Below are positions 12,789-25,162 of a DNA stretch of 64,000 nucleotides, piece by piece (within the stretch, counting starts at the first letter, position 1; each line of letters begins with the position of its first letter). The notes beneath the pieces are model-generated. The model was not told where the DNA came from. It saw only the letters and a program-made list of their open reading frames with translations, and searched no databases. The translations under genes were made by a program, and so were the position numbers. Origin of the DNA: Chrysomallon squamiferum (lineage: Eukaryota > Animalia > Mollusca); contig CM022670.1 of the NCBI GenBank assembly GCA_012295275.1, positions 21,576,001 through 21,640,000 of the forward strand. The letters run 5' to 3'.

Positions 12789-14652
12789 ATGTCGGCGCTC
12801 ATTCTCTTACTTCTTTTCACGAAAACGACGTCAGCAAACGTCTTCACTGCCGAACAGACGGCTGAAATAGAAGACTACGTCAACGCCGTAGTCACTTGTA
12901 AATCTACTATCGGACTGACTGTGACGGTGGTGAAGAACAATGATACGTGGACAAGAGGATTCGGACTGGCAGACAGAGAGAAAAACATCTCGGTTAACGC
13001 CAACACTCTGTTTGGCATTGGTTCACTCACCAAAGCGTTCACCTCGGCACTGTTGGCGATGTCGTTAAACGATTCTGAAGGAAAGTAAGCGCATTAATGA
13101 AATTGTTTTATATTTACATATTCTGACTGCTACTGCTACTACTACTGCTACACTTCTACTACTTCTACTACTGCTACACTTCTACTACTACTACTACTAC
13201 TACTACTATCGCTGCGACAGATACTCTTACTACTATACTTCTATTACTGCTACCTACTACTATTATTATTACAACTGGTAGTATATACATGAAGGTTTAT
13301 ATATCTATTATACACACAGACACACTTATCAAAACATTTTAAGAATGAAACTATATTTTCAGTATTATTTTCTGAAAATCCATTTTGCTAGATAGTTCGT
13401 GATGTGATTCTTGATATTATTCCGTGTTAACGAAAGTTGGGTCTAAGCAACCCAGAAATAAATTCAAGTCTGCTATCATTCTAATTCTCATTGCCAGAAC
13501 GTGTTTGTACTGGTACAGAAACTAGAGCCGACTGAAAAGGTCTGACGAGTGGACATTACTGCCTTTTTCACAAAAATGCTTCACTCGCAACCTTTGCACA
13601 TGCGTATCGTTGTAGACATAACACATAATTTCTCTGTGAATGGATCTTCACTGAATCAACGGTACAGGTTCTAAATTCGATGTTGTAACGATATTAACTG
13701 ACCGCTGGTTCTCCCAATCTGCAGTAGATTCGGACAGGGACAATCTTGCAGGGCAACAATGCCACACCTCCTCTTTCCAAGGTTTTAGCAGACTTTCTTT
13801 AGCAGGACAGTGTTTGTTGTCAGGATGGATCGACCTGCACATTAGTTTTATTTGGCTCCAATGCAGCACGTCTGGAATGAGTTGGCAGGCGAGAATACAC
13901 CCCATGAATTGTTCAGACGTCATATCATGAGGCTACAATGTATCGAATGTTGTCGTGGCACAGATATATATTCACACGCTGTTAATCAAATCTGCTGATG
14001 TGTAGGCTCCATATTTAAACTCTCCAACTTTGGCAGTATGTCAAGAGAGTAACTTTTAAATCGATACATTTATTAATAGTTTTCAATAAATAAGGACAAA
14101 CAACAAAAGTTTTGGATGTAGTCTATTACTTTTTGCCCCTTAAATTCTTTTGATTAGTATATGCTAGTATATAGGACGTACATATCGGGTCAATTGCCAG
14201 TTTCATAATGTACTTTTTGAGTTACTTATTATAAACAGAATGTCTAAATGTAAAGCCACCATTAGAAGCACACAAGCAGTATCATTCGTTAATATTTCCC
14301 AAACATTAAACACTGACAAAACTAGGAGTATTAGGGGCACTAAGTAGCGAATGTATCACAGTGCTTTTCGTGGCTACATCAAACCTTTAATGATTTGACT
14401 TTAATTATTATTAATTCATTCTTTTAATGTTAAATTATTGTTACTGGACGTGTTCAACTTTATTTTTTATTTTAATTTTGTATTCTGGTTCGTTGTCTCG
14501 TCTCTGCTAAGTGTTGAAACATTAACATAGTTCATGTAGAAGCTGTCTAATAAATATAAGTGGATATACTATACTATTTCCTTATATTTCTTACTTTTTA
14601 ATAAAAATAAGATAAATTAATAATAAAGTAACAAATAATAATAAAATTGACA

Positions 14653-14684
<32 letters not shown>

Positions 14685-17600
14685 AAACCAAATAAAAAAA
14701 AAAAAAAAAAAAAAAAAGAGAATCCAGAAATAATATATAATATATATACTTTTTTATAAAAATAAGATAAATTAATAATAAAGTAACAAATAATAATAAA
14801 ACTGACACAAAAAAACCAACCAAAAAAAAAAAAAAAAAAAAAAAAACCCTACAACAACTCAGAAATAATAATATCAAAAAACAAAACAAAGAAAAAAACA
14901 CATAACAATTATGTATTCTGTAAACAGACACACAGGAACTGAAGGCCCATCATTTTTTCTTGTTGCTTATTATATCATCATGTTTAAATCTAGTCAAGAT
15001 TATGTGGCTAAACATAACATCACTATATTCCTTTCCCTCTGTTAGATACAATTACACATCAAAACTGACAGACATATTGGGTGATGATTTCAAGATGGCT
15101 GATCCTGAGATAACAAGGGAGGCAACTCTAAGAGACATTCTAGCACACAGAACGGGACTCAATCCTGCTACGATAGGCTTGTTGTCTGGCCAGTTAGAAA
15201 ACGTTACAAGGCGCGATTTTGTCAGGTAATTAAATTTTATTCAAAATGTCTTTAAATTATGTCATTGGGTTAATCTGTGTATGTGTACGTGCGCGTGTGT
15301 GTGTGTGTGTAAAATACACCATACTCTTTTTCTTCCTTAGTATTATTTCTTTCCACAAGAAACAGTACAGGAAACATAATTTAATAACCGTAAGATCTAC
15401 ACTGTGATAAGATTTCAAGACGAGTGATCATGGCATACTAAGGGAGACAATTCTGTGTAGCTATTATGATCAGACAAGATAATTAATTAGGTAGCATTTT
15501 GAAAAGGAACAATTATTTTAAAAACCCTACTGAAAATGAGCGACTACAAATATTTTACGAGCCTCTTTTTGTTATAAATGTTTATGATTTTCAGACGATT
15601 ACGCTTCTTAAGAAAGATTTCTGATTTTCGCGATCGGTTCGTCTACAACAACTGGATGTATCTACTAGTAGGTCACGTTATCGAAGTTCTCAGCAAGGAA
15701 TCATGGGAGAAAACTCTTTACAAAAGACTTCTTAAACCACTGGGCATGACAACGACTAGAATTCTGGGATACGATTTGAAGACGACATCCGGTAATGTGG
15801 CTCAGCCTTATGCGGTTGTTGAAAATAAAATTGTGAAAACAAGTTCCGAAATTTACAGGTAAAACCATCGATCCATTTTGTTTAATTATTTCATGCTTGG
15901 AATTTCTTCATTTCTTTAATTAATTACTGTTGGTCACCAGTGTTATTTATTTATTTATTTATTTGACAAGAAATACATTTTTTAATGTGTCAGTTCTGAA
16001 TGTCATGCTTTGCATATCCAATTCGATTCGATTTTTGTGTTTTCGTAAGTTCGATTATTGGAGAAAACGGATAACTGGGGAAAAAGGGAAAACTATCTGG
16101 TCAGCCGTTTACATAAATAAATAGTAAACAAAGTTCCCTCAGTCTCCTCCCTCCTCCAAAAAAGAAGAAGAAAAGAAACAAAAATCCCTCACATTAAAAA
16201 TGAAATTCGAATAAATTAATTACTGTTGGCACCAGTGTTTCTTATTTATTTATTTATTTATTTATTTGACAAGAAATACATTTTTTAATATGTCAATTAT
16301 GAATGTCATGCTTTGAATATCCAGTTCGATTCGAATTCGTTATGAATTTTTATTCGATTCAATTTTTGTGTTTTTGTGATTTCGAATATTTATTTATTTC
16401 ATTTTATTTCATTTATTTATTGTTACTATTAACTTATTGAGATTTAAAATATATACTGAGCTGAATATTTCTTCATCAGCTTCCTCTGATGCACTTGGTT
16501 ATTCACAAAGATAGTAGCGATTCGAAATACAGTTAAATTCAATCAAAAAACTATTTCGCAAGTCCATGCTTCTGTTGATTGTTAAAAATAAGTAAATACA
16601 TATACTGAACGCAAAGTTTCTAACAAGTAAGGCTATTAATAATTTTGAGATGATTATGATAATAAAAAATAAAAAATTTACAACGATCATGATAATTCTT
16701 TAAATTTTTTATTAGCATTTCTCCAGACGAGCCTGCAGGTGCCATTGCTTCAACAGCAAACGACATGGCAAAATGGCTGCATTTCCTGATCAGTGCAGGG
16801 GAGACAACCACTGGAACGCGGCTTCTCGATAAACATTTCTTTGTCGATATGATGGGAACTTACAATCATATTGAACACAGCCTTTACTCGATCTTCAAAC
16901 CGACTTTTCCTGTCACAGACGCTGTTTCTGGCTACGGATACGGCTGGATTAGAGGAACATACAGAGGTGTGAATAGATTTACAGTAGGAACAACATAACA
17001 TCATCATCAATAACAACAACAACAGCAAAAACTCACCAGCAATGCTACCACCACCATAACTAGCAACACCAACAGTTACAATCCCTTATCGTAAGAAAAA
17101 TACTTATCGTAAAAGTAAATCAGATTTATAATCTTAATTTTAATTGTTAGTTAGTTATTTAAAAATTTAAAAACAAAACAATAAATGAAAAAAAAAAAAA
17201 AAAAAAGAAAAAGAAAAAAGCCAACAAAACAAAACAAAAAACCAAATAAACAATAATATGAACAAAAACAACGAAACTCCCTAAAATGCAACAACAAAAA
17301 CATTAGAACCAAAATACGAAACGAACCAGTTAAAATAAAAAAAGAAAAAGAAAAGAAAAGAAGAAAAAAAAAATAACAAGAAGTAACAACAAAAACAACA
17401 ACAACAAAAAAAACACCCCAAAAAGAACAAGAATAACGGAACAAAAAAATTCCACGATCCCCCTAAAAAATCTCACAAAAACAAACAAACAAAAAATAAA
17501 CCACTCAAAAATGTTATACCAAACAACTGGTAAACTTTCTACACAAATTAGGAATTTATCTGTAAAAAGGTTCAGCAGTGCATGTTGAATACTTTCTGGA

Positions 17601-18325
17601 ACATGATTATTTATTATACATTTTTCAATTTTATTTCAGGATACCAGAAAATCTGGCACTATGGATCTTTGTTTTCATACCGTTCTATTGTGGTCCTATA
17701 TCCAGACTTGAAATCGGGCATTTTCCTCTCTGCAAGTGGGCCAGTCGGTTTAGAGGTGATGACTTATTTCATATCAGATCTTCTCATTGGTGAACCAACA
17801 TGGTTACAGGCAACAAATGCCTGCCTCTTTCCCGAACCATGGATGAACATTTCAACATCAAACGACAATAGTGATGACGTCATCTATGACGCCATAACAA
17901 ACCCCAGCCAGTACATAGGTTCTTACGGACATCGCTTGTTGGGAGATTTAACCGTGGAGCAGGGAAGTAACAGAAGTTCGCTACTTTTGAGATATGGACG
18001 TTTTGTTTGTGCTGTGAGGCCAACGAAGACTGAACACGCATTCAAACTTGATGTTTTGGAGCCATTGGGGTTCCTCTTCAATCCTGGTAACAGCACTACT
18101 CTGATTCCCGTGAATTTCAAGGAAGAATGGAACGGGAAGTTTCAGGTTATAGAAATTGTGTCTTCTGAATCTATAATATTTCACAGAGATATCAAATTTT
18201 CAGACCCGTTGCCGCCAGAAAAAAACGAGGCGATATGCACCAGCAGTGGAACGTCAGAAACAAGTTCAGGTCTGATCATTTTAATTTCGTGCTATATTAC
18301 ACATTTGTTTTTCAAACTAGATTAA
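12789..18325 (+). CDS. Serine beta-lactamase/PBP-fold (class C/AmpC-like, gigasin-6-type) secreted, probably GPI-anchored protein, copy 1, 558 aa; exons 12789-13084, 15046-15225, 15595-15858, 16716-16966, 17640-18325
   Basis: 1677 nt in frame with GT-AG introns. Signal peptide MSALILLLLFTKTTSA; SxxK motif (FGIGSLTKAFT); TLRDILAHRTG; YxN motif (FVYNNWMY); PAGAIASTANDMAKW; YGYGW; HxG motif (WHYGS); C-terminal SSG..SSG followed by a hydrophobic tail. Confidence 0.93.
13321..14161 (+). mobile_element. Degenerate, internally deleted Tc1-like DNA transposon in lactamase intron 1
   Basis: Imperfect TIRs (CACTTATCAAAACATTTTAAG versus the reverse complement TACTAATCAAAAGAATTTAAG). Residual DDE motifs NNATP (QDDNATH in copy 2) and LAPMQHVWNEL, resembling the Tc1 LNPIEHxW motif. 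Confidence 0.7.
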
Positions 18326-18505
18326 TGAATAGGCAAGACCGGGGTATTTCGTAAACGCATACTTGTCTGGACATACGTTCAGAGACTCCTAACTTCTTTT
18401 TGTACACGAAATTCAGGTACTTTTATTTGAACATGATTTAAATTGTGCATAAATATTTTATTATTATTATTATTAAAACGAAAAAGAAAAGAGAAGAAAT
18501 TTCCT

Positions 18506-18771
18506 TTATTTCCCGAGTTTTCCAATCCTTCCTGGAAACAGATCCATAACAACTATGAGCAGCGTAGACATCGCAATGAAGACGATCCCACCAACGCCGA
18601 GGTACGTTGCCGAAGGTCGGTCATCGTAGATGCTGACGCGTTTTCGAATGGCTCTCGACAAAACTGCGCCAGAAACTAAAAAAAAAAAAAAAAAAAATAA
18701 TAATAAAATAATAAAAAAAAAAAAATAATAATAAAAAAAAAGAAAAAAAAAAATAAAAAAATAAAATAAAA

Positions 18772-18834
<63 letters not shown>

Positions 18835-19446
18835 ATGCTCTTTTTGTTGCTTTAAAGACAAAAATGTATAATTTTTCAATCATTTCTCTTTCTCATTCTC
18901 TCCAGACTGCTGATGTCTTTTAAATGTGATCGGTAATAAAATATTCTCGGTGTGCACAAATAGTTTAAAGCAAATGTACATGTAACCCTCAGCTGTTTTC
19001 TTTCAACATATATACTCAAAATATTTTCCCATCTTTATAACTAGCTTACATTTATGAAATAAATTGTTTCTCAAACATCTTTGTTATGTATCTATTTTGG
19101 CTGTCTGTCATATCTAAGGGTCAACAAATGTGTGTGTTTATGTGTTTGTGTTGTATACGTATATAGGTTTGTATGCATCTAGATATTTCTTTTGTCCTAA
19201 TATAAATTATGTGCATATAGTATAAGCATTCACAAGATTATGCATTTACGCATGAGCGCTCAAACGCACGCCTACGCTCGCTCCAAGTACATAGTTGTAA
19301 TACTAACCCTTTTCACAGTTAATTCCTGTATATCCAGGGACACAGTCACATTTGTAATCTTCTCCATCCTCCCTGCAGACACCTCCGTTTAGACACGGGT
19401 CACTCACACATCTGCCGACATCTGTTAACATATTCGTTTGTGTGTG

Positions 19447-19488
<42 letters not shown>

Positions 19489-20107
19489 GAGAATGGAAAA
19501 ACACACACACAAATATCTATCTATCTACCCAACTATGTGTCTACCTACCTGTCTATCTGTCTGCCTATCTGCCTATCTATCTGTCTATCTGCCTGTCTGT
19601 CTGTCTATCTGTCTGTCTGTCTATACATCTAGCTACCTGTCTGTCTGTATCTCTGTCTGTCTGTTGATATATCTATCTAGCTCTCTTTATCTGTTACCTA
19701 TCTATATATTTACCGCTTCTGTCGCCCTGTCAGTCTATCTATCAGTTATAATCATACGATTCAAATTTAATTTAAAATTCTGTATCTGCATGTATCCTTA
19801 CATATCCATGCCTGTGATTTGGGTTTCAAGTGGATATGGCAGATTTCATTTCTCTTACACACTGATCTGAATTCTTAGTCTCTCCAGGCGTCTGTCTGTC
19901 TGTCTGTCTGTCTGACGTTTCATAACACACGATTCACTCTGTACAACATGTTTCTACGACTAGACTGTTAAAACCTCATTGAAATTCGCTTACATGTTTC
20001 ACAGTGCACGCCCGTGTAGCCAGGCTGACAAAGACACGTGTAGCTACCCACAGTGTTTGTGCAAGCACCTCGATTCTGACAGGGCTGTTGGATGCATTCG
20101 TCAACAT
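18506..20107 (-). pseudogene. Duplicated 3' fragment of the IgGFc/EGF gene: two EGF exons (20107-19994, 19421-19308) plus the TM exon (18675-18506) with a 99-nt in-frame deletion
   Basis: Near-identical to 42738-40912. Lacks EKCFSD...LTINKR (33 aa) and all upstream exons. Confidence 0.85.
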
Positions 20108-20156
20108 CTGACAAGAAATGATAATATTACTGTCACAGGCACGTAAATATATACAA

Positions 20157-20246
<90 letters not shown>

Positions 20247-20317
20247 TGGTGATGATGATGATGATGATAATAATAATAATAATGATGATGAATATGATGA
20301 TGATGATAATGATGATG

Positions 20318-20371
<54 letters not shown>

Positions 20372-20444
20372 TAAATAGCAAGACACCAGGCCACCAATTC
20401 CAAAAAACACACAAAAAACGAACAAAAAATCAACAAAGAACCCC

Positions 20445-20476
<32 letters not shown>

Positions 20477-20536
20477 TCCCCGAAGAAAAAAAGAGAGAGA
20501 GAAAAAAATATATATAAAAAGAAACAAACAACATGA

Positions 20537-20615
20537 GAAGCCATGTCATCATATGCTCTGACTTGTGGGTAAAGGAATTAAGTCCAGACGTTCTAGCCAT
20601 TGTGACGTCATTCAT
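20537..20615 (-). pseudogene. Truncated exon 1 of paralog B (MNDVTMARTSGLNSFTHKSEHMMTWL) at the duplication junction
   Basis: Matches 10047-10125. The splice donor was lost at the breakpoint. Confidence 0.88.
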
Positions 20616-20704
20616 AATGCTTGTGGAGATTTCCAGAAAGTGGATAATGAATCGTATTCAGGAACTGTATTTTGGAAAATATCTGAAGAGAAATGGTTTG
20701 TCTA

Positions 20705-21252
20705 GTGAAGTGAAGTGAAAAAAAAAAAAAAAAAAAAATTAACGTGCTAATCAGAGCAAGCTGTTGTGAAGCACGTCTATGACAGGCACGCTATCTGACA
20801 GGTCAGCGGGCGTGTCCTTCGCAGAAAAGAGTTTTGGGTAAGGAAAGAAAGTGGGTGTCCAGCATATCGGATCGTAGCGAGTCGGTTCCGATGTTTCGTA
20901 GACATTATCCGCTCCTTGCTGTTTCCGGCACTTGTCTATCTCCTAGTCATCCCCGGGTCCGTGTTGGTTGCGTCCTGTTTGTTTGTCCTGTTCTTGGCTG
21001 CTGTTGTTGTTTCCTTGTTCTTTTTGGCTGCTTCCTTCTGGTCCAACAATTCCACTTTTTTAATTATTTTGTTTTGCCAATGGTCTTTTTATTGATTTAA
21101 AAGATGCTATGAACACCTGCTACTAAAAGAACTAAGAACATGAATGTAGTTAAAGTATTTACATTTTATTTTATTTTATTTTAATTTAAAAGATGTTATA
21201 AATACCTGCAGCTAAAAATAAGAATATGAACTTATTTACATTTGTTATGTAC

Positions 21253-21284
<32 letters not shown>

Positions 21285-21965
21285 CATAACCGGGTTGGTG
21301 TTGTCTGAAAGTAGGTACGTATAGTACGAATAGTTTTATTTTTAATTATTAATTTAATTGGCCATTCAAATTGATCCGTCAATCAGCCGATCCATCCGTA
21401 GATCCATCAGCTGTTCAACCAATCTGTAAGTCAATAAATTCATTTAATTCTTGTTTGTTTTTGTGTCAAAAAAGAAGAAAAGAAAGAGTCTAAATTTGTG
21501 TTTTGTGTTGAGAATGTATGTTGTTACTGCAGCGAGGACTAACTCTCTGTCTTTCGTGTTTGATTTTTAGTTCCTCCAGTGTATTGCGTAGTGCTTGTCT
21601 TTCCTTGGCGAAATTTTGACAGCGAAACAAATAGTTTTTCATGGTTTCTGAGAGTCCACAGTTGCAGTTGGGTGATGTGGTGAAGTGATATTTGTATCGG
21701 ATTGCATTTAAGTTGGTCGAGTAACCAATTCTGGCTTTGGTGAGATTGTCGTTGTGTAGTTTGTTGGCGAGTATGAATTTGGGTGTTTTGGCGAGTGGTT
21801 TGATGTTCAAGTGCCATTTGTTTTTGGTGTTGTTCCATTCGTTTTGCCATTGTTTGTCGTAATGTTTGACTGCGATGGAGACAATTTCGTTTATTCCGTG
21901 GTATATGTCTGTGCAGATGTCTTCGTCTTTAATGCTGAGTGACTCTTTGGCGTAATGGTCAGCAA
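20705..21965 (-). mobile_element. 5'-truncated non-LTR retrotransposon (I-group/RNase H-type ORF2 C-terminus plus probable 3' UTR)
   Basis: ORF 21490-21999 contains ADHYAK...WQNEW...IKP...LTKARIGY..LN...SPNCNCG.SETMKNYLFRC..F..ER..L, the typical C-terminal zinc-knuckle region of LINE ORF2. Absent from unit 1. Ends in a T-rich/(TTCAC)n tail on the minus strand. Confidence 0.75.
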
Positions 21966-22443
21966 TTTCAAACCAAAATATAGTTAATGCTTCCGTCATG
22001 ATTATTATTTTTGATATTTAAATACTGCTGCAGTCAGATAAGCATGAATTGATTAACTACAAATTTTAAAAAGAAGAAAAAATACTAATAGCTTAGCCAT
22101 TTATATCGCCTGTATTCTTGTCATTCACTTTTAGGCTTGAAGAAATGCATGAGAAGTTTGGTTTGCAATAGAAAACACGAGGAAAGGGTTGGGGTGCATG
22201 TGTTGATGTTTCTTTTTAGAGCTATATCGAATTTTTTTTTTTAATAAAATTAGCGATGTAACTGTTACTTAAAAATGGGAGGTCTTCCAAAATAAGAAAA
22301 CTGTTGGAAGGAATAAGAACTTCATTTTGAATTCCGTGATAACAGTTCTCGCACGGTTTTTCTCTTCGCTGTGTTGAAGCGTGCGTGCGTGTGTCTGACG
22401 TCATCACGAGTTCAACGAATGGGCGTTTGGTGATATTCAAGTA

Positions 22444-22775
22444 TAGCTGAAAATCCTTTATCCGAAATGCTTGGGTCCGGAAGTATTTCGGATTCTGGAA
22501 TTTTTCGGATTTTGGAATATAAAGAGATAGCCGGAGGATGGGAGCCAAATTTGGACAGGAATTTCATTTATATTCCATGGAGAGCTTATACAAATAGTCT
22601 TCATGATTTTTATTTTATTTTATTATTTTTTTATTTTATTTATATATATTATACATAATATTTTAAATAATTTGGAGCACAAAATAAAGTTTGTGTATGC
22701 AAAAACAATCCGAAAACTGCAAGATATCATAATTTTTACTGCACTGAAAATTTCGAATAAGGGTTCCTCAACCTG
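22444..22775. mobile_element. Tigger/pogo-family MITE (Tigger4/MER46-like)
   Basis: TA-flanked TIRs TAGCTGAAAATCCTTTATCCGAAAT ... ATTTCGAATAAGGGTTCCTCAACCTG. Internal sequence resembles, from memory, the Tigger4 consensus. Confidence 0.75.
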
Positions 22776-22933
22776 TAATAATATGTGCCGAGTTAATTGC
22801 AACAACGAATTTAAAAGTATTTCCGATACTGCAATGCCAAGTTGATTTCGTCAGAAGTTTTTGAAAATAACTGTTTAAAAATGTGCTTTTTATTCATAAA
22901 ATTAGACGTAAAACGAGAAATTAGATTTGTTTG

Positions 22934-22972
<39 letters not shown>

Positions 22973-22989
22973 TGATAATATAATGTATT

Positions 22990-23051
<62 letters not shown>

Positions 23052-23903
23052 TGATTTGATGAGATCGGTTGATAGCGTTTTTTTCGGTTATTTTCTATGC
23101 GTTTGAATTCGAATGTACAGGTCGAAGAATAACTTCATAAGAGATGTGTAGAAAAGAGCATAACCTTGCATCACTTTCTCCGTTCCTTATTATTAGTAAC
23201 TTTAAAAAATAAATAAAATCAACTAACAAAAACAAACACAAGTTAAAAAAGGAAAACAAAAAAAAACAACCAACCAACAAAAAAATAAATAAATAAATAA
23301 ATTAAAAAAACAATGATAATAATAATTTATACAATTTTGCCCAAAAACAAACAAATAAAAAATACTTTCTTTCTACCACTACAAAATAAAATAACAGTTC
23401 TAGAAACTCCTGCCCAGATGAATACACGAACAAATAAAAGCATGAACCGAGTTACCTTAGTCATCGTATTTGCTCTGTAGCAGATAGTAATATAGTGTTA
23501 TCATTGTCACCCTATTTACTCTCCAACAAATAGCAATACACTGTTACCATAAACGCCTTTGTTTTTGACAGATCGTGTTGAGCGCTTTTCTGAGTCAAGG
23601 AGAATACAAACAAAATATACTTAAGACTTAAATGAATGTAAATAACTTCGCCACATGCAGCAAGACCAGTGAAATCTTTGAACTATAAGGCTGAAGGTCA
23701 ACATGGGCTGAACTGTATGAGCACAACAAGATTACTGAATAAGAAATTTTATCTTCTATATTACAATAAATAACATTTCTCATCGTTCATTGTTGCTGCT
23801 GTTTGAGGAGATATATTCTGCAGAGTAACCTGTGTTGATGTTCCTTTGTTACTGTAAAAAAAAAAAGAAGAAAAAAAAATAAAACTCATCCCCTAAAACT
23901 CAC

Positions 23904-23958
<55 letters not shown>

Positions 23959-23960
23959 TA

Positions 23961-24002
<42 letters not shown>

Positions 24003-24688
24003 TTTCACGACAACGACGTCAGTAAACAAAATTCCTAAATTAACTCAGTAACAAAAACTGGAATAATAATATAACAGAAAATAATTCAAACAATGGAAAA
24101 GAAAGAAATACAAATACAACATAATATCAACAGACAAACAAACAACAACAAAAAAACAAAAGAAAAGAAAAAAGAAAAAGAAAAAGAAGAATAAAACCCC
24201 CATAAAATTGAATAATAAATAAAAGAAAAAAATTAATAAAAAATAAATAACAACTACACATCAGACAAAACAATTTAAAAAGGTACTCATTAACATTTAA
24301 CAACAACAACATACACAAAATAATAAAAATTATAAAATAAATAAACCCAACCTCAACAAATACAAAACTTTCACATATCAAACACAATAGAATCACATCG
24401 AAAGGTCACACAAAAAAAAAAAAAAAGAATCTGTCAACATCAAATACGCTATGTAAAATAAAAATAGCTATCTCCTGATGACTAAGCCTATTGAAAAAAA
24501 AAAAAAAAAAATGATCCTGTAATGACCACATGACTAGGTACAGTATAAACACTATAAACCGAAGAACAAACTGAGTGAACGAATCTGTGGTGATTCATTC
24601 GTGACAACACAGTTCAGTGTTTACTTTACATCTTACACTGGTTACTCATTCTCGGCCATTCTACACTTCGTATTGCGGCTTTCACGTA

Positions 24689-25090
24689 ATGTCGGCGCTC
24701 ATTCTCTTACTTCTTTTCACGACAACGACGTCAGCAAACGTCTTCACTGCCGAACAGACGGCTGAAATAGAAGACTACGTCAACGCCGTAGTCACTTGTA
24801 AATCTACTATCGGACTGACTGTGACGGTGGTGAAGAACAGTGATACGTGGACAAGAGGATTCGGACTGGCAGACAGAGAGAAAAACATCTCGGTTAACGC
24901 CAACACTCTGTTTGGCATTGGTTCACTCACCAAAGCGTTCACGTCGGCACTGTTGGCGATGTCGTTAAACGATTCTGAAGGAAAGTAAGCGCATTAATGA
25001 AATTGTTTTATATTTACGTATTCTGACTGCTACTGCTACTACTACTGCTACACTTCTACTACTTCTACTACTGCTACACTTCTACTACTT

Positions 25091-25162
<72 letters not shown>

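Noticed and set aside
12789-18325. Bacterial contamination or a recently transferred antibiotic-resistance gene
   Set aside because: Four spliceosomal introns, host-like composition and a GPI-type tail. Beta-lactamase-fold proteins are already known in invertebrates, and lactamase activity is not demonstrated.
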